Positions 28,674-37,150 of a stretch of 64,000 bases of DNA are shown here, one piece after another. Within the stretch, counting starts at the first letter, position 1; each line of letters begins with the position of its first letter. The translations under genes and the position numbers were made by a program. The stretch covers positions 1 to 64,000 of the IMG/VR virus record IMGVR_UViG_3300023208_000003; one strand, given 5' to 3'. A model generated the notes under the pieces. The model searched no databases. It was not told the origin of the DNA and saw only the letters and a list, made by a program, of their open reading frames with translations. Origin of the DNA: a virus.

Positions 28674-28786
28674 AAATTTCAGCTGTTGAGAAACTTCCAA
28701 ATTTTGATGATGAATATGTATATGATGTAGTAATGGAAGATGATTCTACACCTTATTTTTTTGCAAATGATATTTTAGTTCATAAT
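28652..28786 (+). mobile_element. split intein C-fragment (45 aa)
   Basis: Block F YVYDVVM and block G FFANDILVHN followed by Ser+1. Confidence 0.9.
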
Positions 28787-29629
28787 TCCTGTTATTTCCA
28801 TACTTTCGCAAATAATAAAGAGGATGCGGTCGTTATAGCTGACAGCGTAGCTGAAGAAGTTAACTTAAGCTTTCCAAGTTTTATGAAAGAAGCATTCTTT
28901 TGTAAACCAGGTTTTGTAGACTACATTAAAGCCGGTCGTGAAATCGTTGGAAAAAGTGGTTTATTCCAGGCAAAGAAAAAGTATACAATTAAAATTGTTG
29001 ATTTAGAGGGAAATGCCGTAAGTAAGATAAAATCAATGGGTTCAGAAATTAAAAAATCTGATACACCTCGGGTTGTTCAGAAATTTCTAAAAGAAACAGT
29101 TGATATGATTCTAGAAGGGCACACGTATCAAGAGCTTGAAGCCTTCATAAATTCTAAGCGTGAAATAATGTTTAGAAATATTGATCCAAATGAAAGCATA
29201 AAGATGGGAATTGCTAAAGCTGCAAATAAAGTTGAATACTTCACACAAGCTTATAAAGCTGAGCAGAATAAAACTCCAATGATTAACGATAAAACAGGAA
29301 GAAAAGTTACTGTTCCAGGCCACATTAGAGCTGCTATTAACTACAATATTTTAGCGCAAGAACACGAAGGAATGAGCGCAATTCAAATTAAATCAGGAGA
29401 TAAAGTTCTTGTCTTTTACTTGAAAGGAAATCATCGAGGATGGAATTCTATAGGAATTCCATCCGATTTTGACTCATTTCCAACATGGCTACTGAATGAA
29501 GTTTCGATAGATTTAAAAACCACTGAAATGAAAATGATTGATAGTAAATTAACCGGGGTTTTTACAGCTTGGGGTTATGAAGTACCAACCATGCAATCCG
29601 CGTTCTTAAACGCCCACATTGTTTGGTGA
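28652..29629 (+). CDS. 43: family B DNA polymerase, C-terminal gene, preceded by the C-half of the split intein
   Basis: After VHN the sequence continues SCYF (completing YGDTDSCYF), then KKKY and KSMGSEIKKSDTP. Confidence 0.92.
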   Translation: MYTVSELKISAVEKLPNFDDEYVYDVVMEDDSTPYFFANDILVHNSCYFHTFANNKEDAVVIADSVAEEVNLSFPSFMKEAFFCKPGFVDYIKAGREIVGKSGLFQAKKKYTIKIVDLEGNAVSKIKSMGSEIKKSDTPRVVQKFLKETVDMILEGHTYQELEAFINSKREIMFRNIDPNESIKMGIAKAANKVEYFTQAYKAEQNKTPMINDKTGRKVTVPGHIRAAINYNILAQEHEGMSAIQIKSGDKVLVFYLKGNHRGWNSIGIPSDFDSFPTWLLNEVSIDLKTTEMKMIDSKLTGVFTAWGYEVPTMQSAFLNAHIVW

Positions 29630-29658
29630 TATAATAGACAAAACTTGAGAATTATATT

Positions 29659-30411
29659 ATGAATTTTAAACCAGCAGATTTAACTGCGCTTGAAAAAATA
29701 TTAAAAATTGCGAATATTGCTGATATAAATAGTGTATTAGTTAATGGTTCTTTTGTTTCAGGAATCAATGATACGAATACATGTGTCATTACAAGCAGCA
29801 CATCAGGAATTGAGTTATCACAAGATGATGAACCAATTAAGCTTGCAATCAATCGTCTTGATTTATTGCAAACGCGTCTTAATATCTTCAAAAATGATGC
29901 TTATACTATAACAGCTAATGTTAAAGAAGATAAAAAGTTTGATTTTAAATTAATTGATCTTCTTGATATTAAAGGAAAAAGCGCAAAATGCTCTTTTAGG
30001 GCTGCCTCACCTGAAGCAGTAAGAGCTCCAAAAGGAGTAAACACAAATATAGTTGCTGAATTTTTAATTCAAAAGGATGAATTTTCTCTAATTATGGCAG
30101 CATCAAAAGCAATGGGTGAAAAAACAATGCTTTTAGCTTTAAAGCGTGACGGTATGGTTTCGTTTGAATTCAATGATTCAGTAAAAGATCGCTTTACAAT
30201 TGATCTTCAAAACCCATTCACTATCTTATCTGACGACGACAAACTTTCAATCGTAGCAAAATATTTTTCAGATTTGTTTTTTGCGTTTGTCAAAAAAGCA
30301 GGATTTGATAATCCTAATACAACTGAATTCAAAATAAAAATTAGCGATAATGGAATTCTTAAATTTGAGCTAAATGATTTTGAAATAACAATAATGCCCG
30401 CAAAGGAATAA
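29659..30411 (+). CDS. 45: probable sliding clamp (gp45-like)
   Basis: 250 aa with a two-domain alpha/beta pattern, directly after the polymerase; called on size and context only. Confidence 0.5.
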   Translation: MNFKPADLTALEKILKIANIADINSVLVNGSFVSGINDTNTCVITSSTSGIELSQDDEPIKLAINRLDLLQTRLNIFKNDAYTITANVKEDKKFDFKLIDLLDIKGKSAKCSFRAASPEAVRAPKGVNTNIVAEFLIQKDEFSLIMAASKAMGEKTMLLALKRDGMVSFEFNDSVKDRFTIDLQNPFTILSDDDKLSIVAKYFSDLFFAFVKKAGFDNPNTTEFKIKISDNGILKFELNDFEITIMPAKE

Positions 30412-30415
30412 TATT

Positions 30416-30757
30416 ATGGAACTCCCAAAACACGCGCTTGATGATTTTAAAACTGATCAAGCAATTAAAATACTAAGAGAAGACCGCGATCGTTATAAAA
30501 CACAAGCGCATCTTTGGACACCAAATTTTGATATTACACGAGATGCAGAAACAAACAACGTTATAATCATTGTAAAAGTAAGAGATCAATCAAAGCGATT
30601 TACTCTGGAAGCTGAAACAATAAAAGATTATCCGGTAGAACAGATAACAAGAATTGTTGTCGATGAAGCGCTTGAAATTTTTCAAAATCTTTTAATAAAA
30701 GATTTAGGACCTGTTTTCAATGGAATAAAATGGAATGTAGAGGAAAAAACAAAATGA
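30416..30757 (+). CDS. hypothetical protein
   Basis: 113 aa. Confidence 0.7.
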   Translation: MELPKHALDDFKTDQAIKILREDRDRYKTQAHLWTPNFDITRDAETNNVIIIVKVRDQSKRFTLEAETIKDYPVEQITRIVVDEALEIFQNLLIKDLGPVFNGIKWNVEEKTK

Positions 30758-31062
30758 TAAGATTAGCAAAATTTACAAATTGGCTTACTGAAAAAATTCA
30801 AAACAGAAGTAAGAAACCGTGGGGTCAATTCACTGTTTCAGGTGTAAGTGATGGAATGTTGCGTTTTGAAATGGCTTGGAACCCCGCGTTTTTAAAAAAT
30901 CTCCATGATAATGGGTTTAGAGGTGTTTCAGATGAAGAAACAGTTCAGAACTTTCTGCTTGGTTCCTTAATGTGGCCGAAAGAAATGAACGTTGATAACA
31001 CCATTAATTCTGATGCCCATCCTTTCCTTGACAAACCAGAAGATGGACGAATTGTTCAATGA
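30754..31062 (+). CDS. hypothetical protein
   Basis: Start moved to ATG 30754 (ATGA overlap, AGGA SD). Confidence 0.7.
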   Translation: MIRLAKFTNWLTEKIQNRSKKPWGQFTVSGVSDGMLRFEMAWNPAFLKNLHDNGFRGVSDEETVQNFLLGSLMWPKEMNVDNTINSDAHPFLDKPEDGRIVQ

Positions 31063-31949
31063 TGAAAATAAGATAAAATTTTAGAAATTTCATTCTGCGA
31101 TATTCTATGTGATTTTACGCAATTTTCATATTCAGAAATGAATTGTAAATTGCGAATATCACCAATAATTAATGGATCAATTTTATTCTTAAATCCTATA
31201 ACAATAGGAATTTTATGATCAAGATGAAATTTATTTTTACCTCTACCTCTTTTTTCAAAATTCAATAAAATATGTATTGGTTGACAATTTGTAATTTGAC
31301 GCACTTTTTTACGGTATTTTAAATATTCATCTTTTTCGTTGAAACTAATCCAATCACCTCTCAGTTCTCTGGTTTTACGAATTTTATTTAATCGTTCATC
31401 GTATAAAAACGTGTTTCTAATTTTATTATGATAATTTTTCGTCGCTGCTGATAATTTTAAATTACCAATATTTGATTTACGAATTTTTTCTCTAACTTCA
31501 GCTGTATGTAAATGATTGGTTTTTACTTTTATATTACGCTTAATTTTTGTAATATTTGCCTTTGCGGCTCCTCGTTGAGATGATGTTAATCCATCTTTAC
31601 CAACAATTGAAAGAGCTTTTTTAATTTTAGCATTTATTAAAAGCCTTTTATCTTCAATTTTCGGTTTTGAAATTTTACAAATATGGATGTAATGGCAAGC
31701 TTTAGAGCATGTTTTTGAATAACAATATTTTCCATCAGTTTTTATAAAACGCGCGCTTGTTTGGCAAACAACACATTTTGGAACTTCATTTAAATCATGT
31801 TGAATATGAAACAAACGTTCAATAATTTTACAATTTTCAGAAAGATATTTTGTTCGTTCTTTAATTATTAAAAAAAGATCAAAACGTTTTTCAACCATTT
31901 TAACTGCTTGTTTTTTCAGATGAGAACCTGAAAACAGTATGTTTATCAT
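31056..31949 (-). CDS. HNH homing endonuclease
   Basis: CVVC/CSKAC finger, NUMOD-like HTAEVREKIRKS, and HLDHKIP...NLQFISEYEN. Confidence 0.8.
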   Translation of the reverse strand: MINILFSGSHLKKQAVKMVEKRFDLFLIIKERTKYLSENCKIIERLFHIQHDLNEVPKCVVCQTSARFIKTDGKYCYSKTCSKACHYIHICKISKPKIEDKRLLINAKIKKALSIVGKDGLTSSQRGAAKANITKIKRNIKVKTNHLHTAEVREKIRKSNIGNLKLSAATKNYHNKIRNTFLYDERLNKIRKTRELRGDWISFNEKDEYLKYRKKVRQITNCQPIHILLNFEKRGRGKNKFHLDHKIPIVIGFKNKIDPLIIGDIRNLQFISEYENCVKSHRISQNEISKILSYFHH

Positions 31950-31967
31950 GAAATGTCTCTTAACTCA

Positions 31968-31983
31968 ATAAATAAGTATTTAT
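31968..31983. promoter_or_regulatory. crossed late-like promoters
   Basis: ATAAATA 31968-31974 (+, toward rnh) lies upstream of TATTTAT 31977-31983 (-, toward the HNH gene). Confidence 0.6.
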
Positions 31984-31994
31984 AGGAAATAAAA

Positions 31995-32978
31995 ATGAAA
32001 AGATTAATTTTTGACACTGCGAATGTTCTTTTTAGAACTCACGCGGCGCATTCAAAATATCATTCTGATGGTGAAAATTTAGGTTTATGTCTTCATATTG
32101 TGTTAAACACTTTTCTCAAATATTATCGTCAGTTTCAACCAGATCAAATCGCGTTGACTTTTGAAGGTTCAAATAACTGGAGAAAAAATTATACCAAATC
32201 ACACGCATGTGTTTCAAAAAGAATCTATAAAGCCAATAGAGTAAAGGATCCATCAATGGAACCATATTTTGCTTTAATGAGATCATTTGAGCAGCTAGTG
32301 CGTGAACATACAAGTCTTGTTTGTCTATCGGCGCCCGAAGTTGAAGGTGATGATCTTTTTGCTGGATATGTTCAACGATTTACTGAAGAAGGTGATGAAG
32401 TTATTGGAATCTCTGGTGACAAAGATTTTGTTCAGCTCTTAAAATACCCAGGATTTAGATTGATTAATCCTGACGATGGTAAAGATAGAACATGTGAAGA
32501 TCCACTTTACTTTATCTTTGAAAAATGCATTCGTGGAGATTCTGGGGATAATGTAATGTCAGCATTTCCACGAGTAAGAAAAACTCGTTTGAATAAAGCG
32601 TACAATGATGAATATGAGCTCATTCAATTAATGCAGGAACAGTGGGAAAGTTCACATCCAGATACTGGTGAAACTTTAAAATTCACGGTGCAAGATTTAT
32701 TTATCGAAAATATTTTACTAATGGATCTTGAAGCTCAACCTACAAATATTCGTGAAATTATTAGTAAAACTCTTGATCATGAGCTAACAAATCATGGAAA
32801 ATTTTCATTATTTCATTTCCAGAAGTTTCTTGGAAAATATGATTTGCGTCAAATTTCTGATAATGTAATGCAATACGTTGATATGTTTAGCGTAACTGGA
32901 TTACGCTCACCACATCACCAAACTGAACAACCAGTTAAAAATTCAATTACATCACCTGAATCGGCAATTATGTTTTGA
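31995..32978 (+). CDS. rnh: T4-type RNase H / 5'-3' flap exonuclease
   Basis: IFDTANV, EGDDL, SGDKDFVQLL and KCIRGDSGDNV. Confidence 0.9.
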   Translation: MKRLIFDTANVLFRTHAAHSKYHSDGENLGLCLHIVLNTFLKYYRQFQPDQIALTFEGSNNWRKNYTKSHACVSKRIYKANRVKDPSMEPYFALMRSFEQLVREHTSLVCLSAPEVEGDDLFAGYVQRFTEEGDEVIGISGDKDFVQLLKYPGFRLINPDDGKDRTCEDPLYFIFEKCIRGDSGDNVMSAFPRVRKTRLNKAYNDEYELIQLMQEQWESSHPDTGETLKFTVQDLFIENILLMDLEAQPTNIREIISKTLDHELTNHGKFSLFHFQKFLGKYDLRQISDNVMQYVDMFSVTGLRSPHHQTEQPVKNSITSPESAIMF

Positions 32979-33300
32979 AGTTTGAAATTAATTGCTTTGG
33001 ATCTTCGCGCTTTAGAACTGACCAACCTTTACTCTTTCCTCTTGATACTGGGCTACTGTCTTTTTGCTGCGCCTTATGACGTAAAATTGAGTAGCCCAGA
33101 TTATAGAGTTCACAAAAACCTGTAATATCCTTTGTTATAAAAAATTTGCCTGTTGGGCTTTCTAATGTCCAAAGCAGCGCTCTGTGATGTCTGCCTCCCA
33201 TTAATCGTATTGAAAGTTTTATTCTCGTTGACATTGAACGAGTTTTACCGATTTTTGCTTGACTAATTTTTTGTTTGTGTTCAAATGTTAAATTGCGCAT
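32968..33300 (-). CDS. NUMOD3-like DNA-binding-only ORF (probable homing endonuclease remnant)
   Basis: EHKQKISQAKIGK repeats, no recognisable catalytic motif; GGAGG SD and own TATTTAT at 33316-33322. Confidence 0.6.
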   Translation of the reverse strand: MRNLTFEHKQKISQAKIGKTRSMSTRIKLSIRLMGGRHHRALLWTLESPTGKFFITKDITGFCELYNLGYSILRHKAQQKDSSPVSRGKSKGWSVLKREDPKQLISNFKT

Positions 33301-33315
33301 TTGCTCCTCCTTTAG

Positions 33316-33353
33316 TATTTATTGATAAAACACTTTAAAAAAGCAAATAAATA
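33316..33353. promoter_or_regulatory. divergent late-like promoters
   Basis: TATTTAT 33316-33322 and ATAAATA 33347-33353. Confidence 0.6.
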
Positions 33354-33395
33354 CTTTTGAAATTAACACAACCTATTCCTTGGAGAATAATAAAA

Positions 33396-33902
33396 ATGTC
33401 ATCAAATCAAATAGAACAACGTTCACGTCAGAATTCTCGTCAAGCCGCAGTTAAAAATCAATTTGAAGGCAAAAAAACTAATCTTCCTCACATTGAATTA
33501 ATTGACATTGATGAAACTGGTCTTTTAAAAGAAGTTGCAGTTGTTAAGCGTGAGTCAGATGGAACTCTTTATTACATTGACATTGATGTTTTACATCCTG
33601 TCGATAAGGCACGAATCAAGAAGATTGTAACTTCTGTACACGCCGATAAATACCCCCTTTGGGAACTTATGAGTCAAGCCACTTTGAATAATGGTCTTAA
33701 TGCGCTTGATTATTTCCACTATAACATGGTTAAAGTAAAGCGTCCAAAGGGTGTACGCGCTGCTAACCAAGTTAACTCCATCGCTAATGTAAACGTCAAC
33801 ATGTCTGAAAACATGATCGGTTCTGAATTTACTAATCCAGCAGAAGCTGAACTTGATATGAACACACAGTTATTTAATAACGGTGTTCGTTCTGCGCTAT
33901 AA
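33396..33902 (+). CDS. hypothetical protein
   Basis: Start moved to ATG 33396 (GGAG SD). Confidence 0.75.
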   Translation: MSSNQIEQRSRQNSRQAAVKNQFEGKKTNLPHIELIDIDETGLLKEVAVVKRESDGTLYYIDIDVLHPVDKARIKKIVTSVHADKYPLWELMSQATLNNGLNALDYFHYNMVKVKRPKGVRAANQVNSIANVNVNMSENMIGSEFTNPAEAELDMNTQLFNNGVRSAL

Positions 33903-33955
33903 AACCATAAATTTTATAAGACCATAGGCTAATCTCCTGTTAACTTGGATGCCTT

Positions 33956-33987
33956 AAGAGGGAAGCTAATAACTTCCCTCTTTTTTT
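33956..33987 (+). terminator. intrinsic terminator
   Basis: aagagggaag / cttccctctt stem plus T-run. Confidence 0.85.
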
Positions 33988-34176
33988 ATGTCATATAAAA
34001 ATCCATTAAAAATTCAAAAAATGAGAAAGCTTCGTTTTCGAAAATTGCTTTCTTTTAAGATCAAAGCGTCTCAAAAAATCCCAATAAAATTACGTGTACG
34101 AATTTCTAGAGCTAAATATATCAGACTTTTTTGGAAATTCTTCAACAGAAGATAGCCAAACTATTTTAACCTCTAC

Positions 34177-34184
34177 TATAAATA
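34177..34184 (+). promoter_or_regulatory. T4 late promoter consensus TATAAATA
   Basis: Exact T4 consensus 45 nt before a structural gene. Confidence 0.75.
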
Positions 34185-34229
34185 AACTAGAAAATTCTTA
34201 AAAATCTCGTTAAGGGAGCAACAAGACAA

Positions 34230-35657
34230 ATGGCTTATATAATTAATAGAACGGCTAATGGAGTAGTTTTAAACATGACTACTTCTGAAATAAATGGACC
34301 AGGCCAAACAAATAGCAATTTTGACTTTTCGTTAATTGGTGAAAATAACACCAATTGGGGTGAAGCTTTAAACGAATCGATATTTCGGTTAGCTGAAAAT
34401 TTTGCGTGTCCTGAATTAACATCGGGAGTGCCAAAAAATTCATCTAATCTTGGTGTCGGTTTTGGTATCAATAACCCAGTTATTGGTCAAACTTGGTTTA
34501 ATACATCAACTGATACTCTATATGTTTACACTACAGCTAATACTTGGGCGCAAGTTGGTGCAGGATTGCAAGCAATTCCCGACCCACTAACTCTTGGCCA
34601 AGTTATTTTAACTACTGTAGTTGATGATGCATCAGCAGATAATGTTGCGGCAACGAAAAAATATGTTTTTGACCGTTCATCAGCGTCATATAATTCAGGA
34701 ACTGGTGTTCTAACAATTGGAACGCAATCGTTCAACCTACCGACTGCAACTGGTGGCGCACAAGGTCCTACAGGTGCAACTGGCCCACAAGGTCCTACAG
34801 GTGCAACTGGCCCACAAGGTCCTGCTGGTCCAACTGGCCCACAAGGTCCTGCTGGTCCAACAGGACCACAAGGTCCTGCATCATTTGGATTTGGTGTAAT
34901 TGATACTAACAAGTCATTGACAGCAACTGATCAATGGACATTAAAATACAAAGATTTTATTGGTCCTGCAGCTGGCACATCAGGTAATACTTATTCATGG
35001 ACTCCTCCAAATACTTTAATTAATGCAGGTGGTTTAGTATTCATTGAACTCGTTGGCGGTGGTGGCGGTGGTGGTGGCAACGGTCATAAAGCGGTAAGTG
35101 GATCTACTTGGTTCTCTGCCGGTGGTGGTGGTGGCTCTGGGTATTATGTTTCATATTGGGGTCGCTTAACATCGACAGCAGCAATTAGCATTACTGTTGG
35201 CGGAGGCGGATTGGGTGGAACAGGAAATTCAACAAATGGTGATGAGTATGGTCACTCAGGTTACAGTACAACTGTTTCAGGAAACGCATTGCCTTCTTTA
35301 ATCGCGGCAGGCGGAGGTGGTGGCCATGGTTGGCAAGATATGTCAAGAGCAGGATATGGTGCTGATCCTGGTAATAATGGTGTTTTTTCAACTACTGCTA
35401 ATAGAAACGGTGGAGCTGGTGGTAGTGGTAAAACTTTTTACGGAGTTTCAGCAAACTTAGCATCAGATGGTACTAATAACTCAGATGTATCGGTTCCAAT
35501 TGGAGGTTGGGGCGGGCCTAAGGGTGGTGGCAATGGTGGTGGCGGAGGTGGTGGCGCATCACGCCCATCTAGCGTAAATGACATCTGTCCTGGCGGCAAA
35601 GGTGCCACTGGCCATGTTCGAATTTGGGCATGGGTACCAAGTAACGTGACACTTTAA
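34230..35657 (+). CDS. putative short fibre/structural protein with collagen-like and Gly-rich domains
   Basis: Shares the ENFA..P..GQTWFN N-domain with 20076; GxY run; poly-Gly C-terminal domain. Confidence 0.75.
   Translation: MAYIINRTANGVVLNMTTSEINGPGQTNSNFDFSLIGENNTNWGEALNESIFRLAENFACPELTSGVPKNSSNLGVGFGINNPVIGQTWFNTSTDTLYVYTTANTWAQVGAGLQAIPDPLTLGQVILTTVVDDASADNVAATKKYVFDRSSASYNSGTGVLTIGTQSFNLPTATGGAQGPTGATGPQGPTGATGPQGPAGPTGPQGPAGPTGPQGPASFGFGVIDTNKSLTATDQWTLKYKDFIGPAAGTSGNTYSWTPPNTLINAGGLVFIELVGGGGGGGGNGHKAVSGSTWFSAGGGGGSGYYVSYWGRLTSTAAISITVGGGGLGGTGNSTNGDEYGHSGYSTTVSGNALPSLIAAGGGGGHGWQDMSRAGYGADPGNNGVFSTTANRNGGAGGSGKTFYGVSANLASDGTNNSDVSVPIGGWGGPKGGGNGGGGGGGASRPSSVNDICPGGKGATGHVRIWAWVPSNVTL
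34761..34880 (+). repeat. 4.4 x 27-bp tandem repeat (collagen QGPxGxTGP)
   Basis: caaggtcctacaggtgcaactggccca twice exactly, then two variants. Confidence 0.9.
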
Positions 35658-35668
35658 GGAGAAAACAC

Positions 35669-36079
35669 ATGACAACATTCGCTTTAATTAATTCAAACAA
35701 CATTATTGAGCATTTGCTTTTAGCTGAATCAAAAGAAGCAGCTGAAGAGTTTGGATTTACCGCTATTGAAATAAATGAGACAAATCCACCTAAACTCGGT
35801 TTCGTCTATGATATTGATTCTGATACATTTTCTAATCCAGATGCTGGTGTAGAAGATCCAAATAAAATTTTAGATCATGAAGTTAATTTCATGACATTAT
35901 TTTCGCCGGCTGATTTAGGAGCAATCTATACCAATGCAGGCTCAAATATTCAAACTGCAATTATGTTAGATAAACTCAGAACTACAAATATGATTTTTAT
36001 GAGTTCTGACACTGAGGTTTCTACGTGGCTTGACGCACTTGTAACTGCAGGTGTACTTAGCGAGAAGCCAGTGATATAA
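35669..36079 (+). CDS. putative fibre assembly chaperone
   Basis: 136 aa, acidic, directly after a fibre gene; FALINSNNIIE N-terminus. Confidence 0.5.
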   Translation: MTTFALINSNNIIEHLLLAESKEAAEEFGFTAIEINETNPPKLGFVYDIDSDTFSNPDAGVEDPNKILDHEVNFMTLFSPADLGAIYTNAGSNIQTAIMLDKLRTTNMIFMSSDTEVSTWLDALVTAGVLSEKPVI

Positions 36080-36080
36080 T
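36052..36080 (+). promoter_or_regulatory. sigma70-like early/middle promoter
   Basis: TGTACT-N17-TATAAT with extended -10 TG, within the 3' end of the upstream gene. Confidence 0.7.
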
Positions 36081-36099
36081 TTAACAACGTAATAGCTTA

Positions 36100-36123
36100 T
36101 AAGGGCAGCACGTGCTGCCCTTA
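36100..36123. repeat. perfect 24-bp GC-rich palindrome
   Basis: taagggcagcac-gtgctgccctta. Confidence 0.9.
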
Positions 36124-36223
36124 GTAATCTATAGGAGGGTATAATTAGCGCGTAAAATCATTATCATTTAATTTTTGTTTTTAAAATCAAACACGCACCG
36201 GCTGAAACACGCCACACTTCAAA

Positions 36224-36242
36224 TTGACATGCCTAATGTCAA
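36224..36242. promoter_or_regulatory. operator-like dyad TTGACAT-N5-ATGTCAA
   Basis: Perfect 7-bp inverted repeat; followed by TAAATA at 36246-36251. Confidence 0.45.
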
Positions 36243-36356
36243 ATCTAAATACTTAGCGCTACTATAAAGGCTGAGACCAGAGTTACCAACAAAAAAGGAA
36301 GTCTGTTGGAAACCGCAATCTAAACACTTGCGTGTTACAATTATGAGGGAGAACTC

Positions 36357-37076
36357 ATGAGACTCACTAAAACACTAGTGACGGCTGCGTCTCTGTTATT
36401 TTTTACAGGTATGACCACCGTCGTGGAAGCGAAATCCCATAAGGCTAAACATCACGTTGTTGGGCATTCGTCACACAAAGGGGGAAAGCATGATCATGTA
36501 CGTCATGGCAGCTTTTCAGAAGAGCAACTCAACATTTTATCATTCGCACACAAGGTAGGTGTACGTGATAGACTGTGGAACCCTAAGATATTACAGGGTA
36601 TTTTGCTTCAAGAATCAAGTGCAACCAACCCGCCAATCGGTAAGCATAGCTACTATGGTGTAGGTCAAATAAAGGTTGGTACCGCAATGGAGGTTCTTGA
36701 TCAATATCCTAACTTGAAGACCGATTATGGGGTGAAAACGAGAAATCATCGTGAAATTGCTAGAAAGTTAGCAAATGATCCACACTTCAACATTGAAGTT
36801 GCATCAAAGCTTTTGAAAAATTATCACGCTGAAAAGTCTAACGATTCATTTGCCATAGCGGCATATAATCTTGGGTTAGGAGGAGCTAGACATCGACGTA
36901 ATCACGACAGTCTTGGTTATGTTAGAGGAGTAAAACACAAGATGACTTGGCTAGCTTCAATTGAACCTTGGCAGCAACCAGAAGTTGCAAAGCCTAAACC
37001 ACTTTTTGGCGTAGATGCACCATTTCCTACACATTCAGAGAAAAAGGGAAGGGTCTACGCAGTCTTGATGCCTTAA
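36357..37076 (+). CDS. lytic transglycosylase (SLT/lysozyme-like) with N-terminal signal peptide
   Basis: Signal-like MRLTKTLVTAASLLFFTGMTTVVEA, His/Lys-rich linker, catalytic ILLQES, YGVGQI, FNIEVA and AAYNLG. Confidence 0.75.
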   Translation: MRLTKTLVTAASLLFFTGMTTVVEAKSHKAKHHVVGHSSHKGGKHDHVRHGSFSEEQLNILSFAHKVGVRDRLWNPKILQGILLQESSATNPPIGKHSYYGVGQIKVGTAMEVLDQYPNLKTDYGVKTRNHREIARKLANDPHFNIEVASKLLKNYHAEKSNDSFAIAAYNLGLGGARHRRNHDSLGYVRGVKHKMTWLASIEPWQQPEVAKPKPLFGVDAPFPTHSEKKGRVYAVLMP

Positions 37077-37082
37077 ACATTT

Positions 37083-37113
37083 AGAGGGGAACTTTGGTTC
37101 CCCTCTCTTTTTT
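37083..37113 (+). terminator. intrinsic terminator
   Basis: agaggggaac-tttg-gttcccctct plus T-run. Confidence 0.9.
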
Positions 37114-37114
37114 G

Positions 37115-37143
37115 TGTACTAAATCATAAGTTATTGATATAAT
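37115..37143 (+). promoter_or_regulatory. sigma70-like early/middle promoter
   Basis: TGTACT-N17-TATAAT with extended -10 TG; start codon only 7 nt downstream (possibly leaderless). Confidence 0.7.
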
Positions 37144-37150
37144 ATTACAT

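Noticed and set aside
34526-34912. Antisense collagen-like 128-aa ORF, and similar shadows (42522-42953, 42611-42940, 13145-13450, 40675-40986, 25071-25376)
   Set aside because: Shadow ORFs produced by low-complexity or biased codons of real genes on the other strand; no SD or promoter support.
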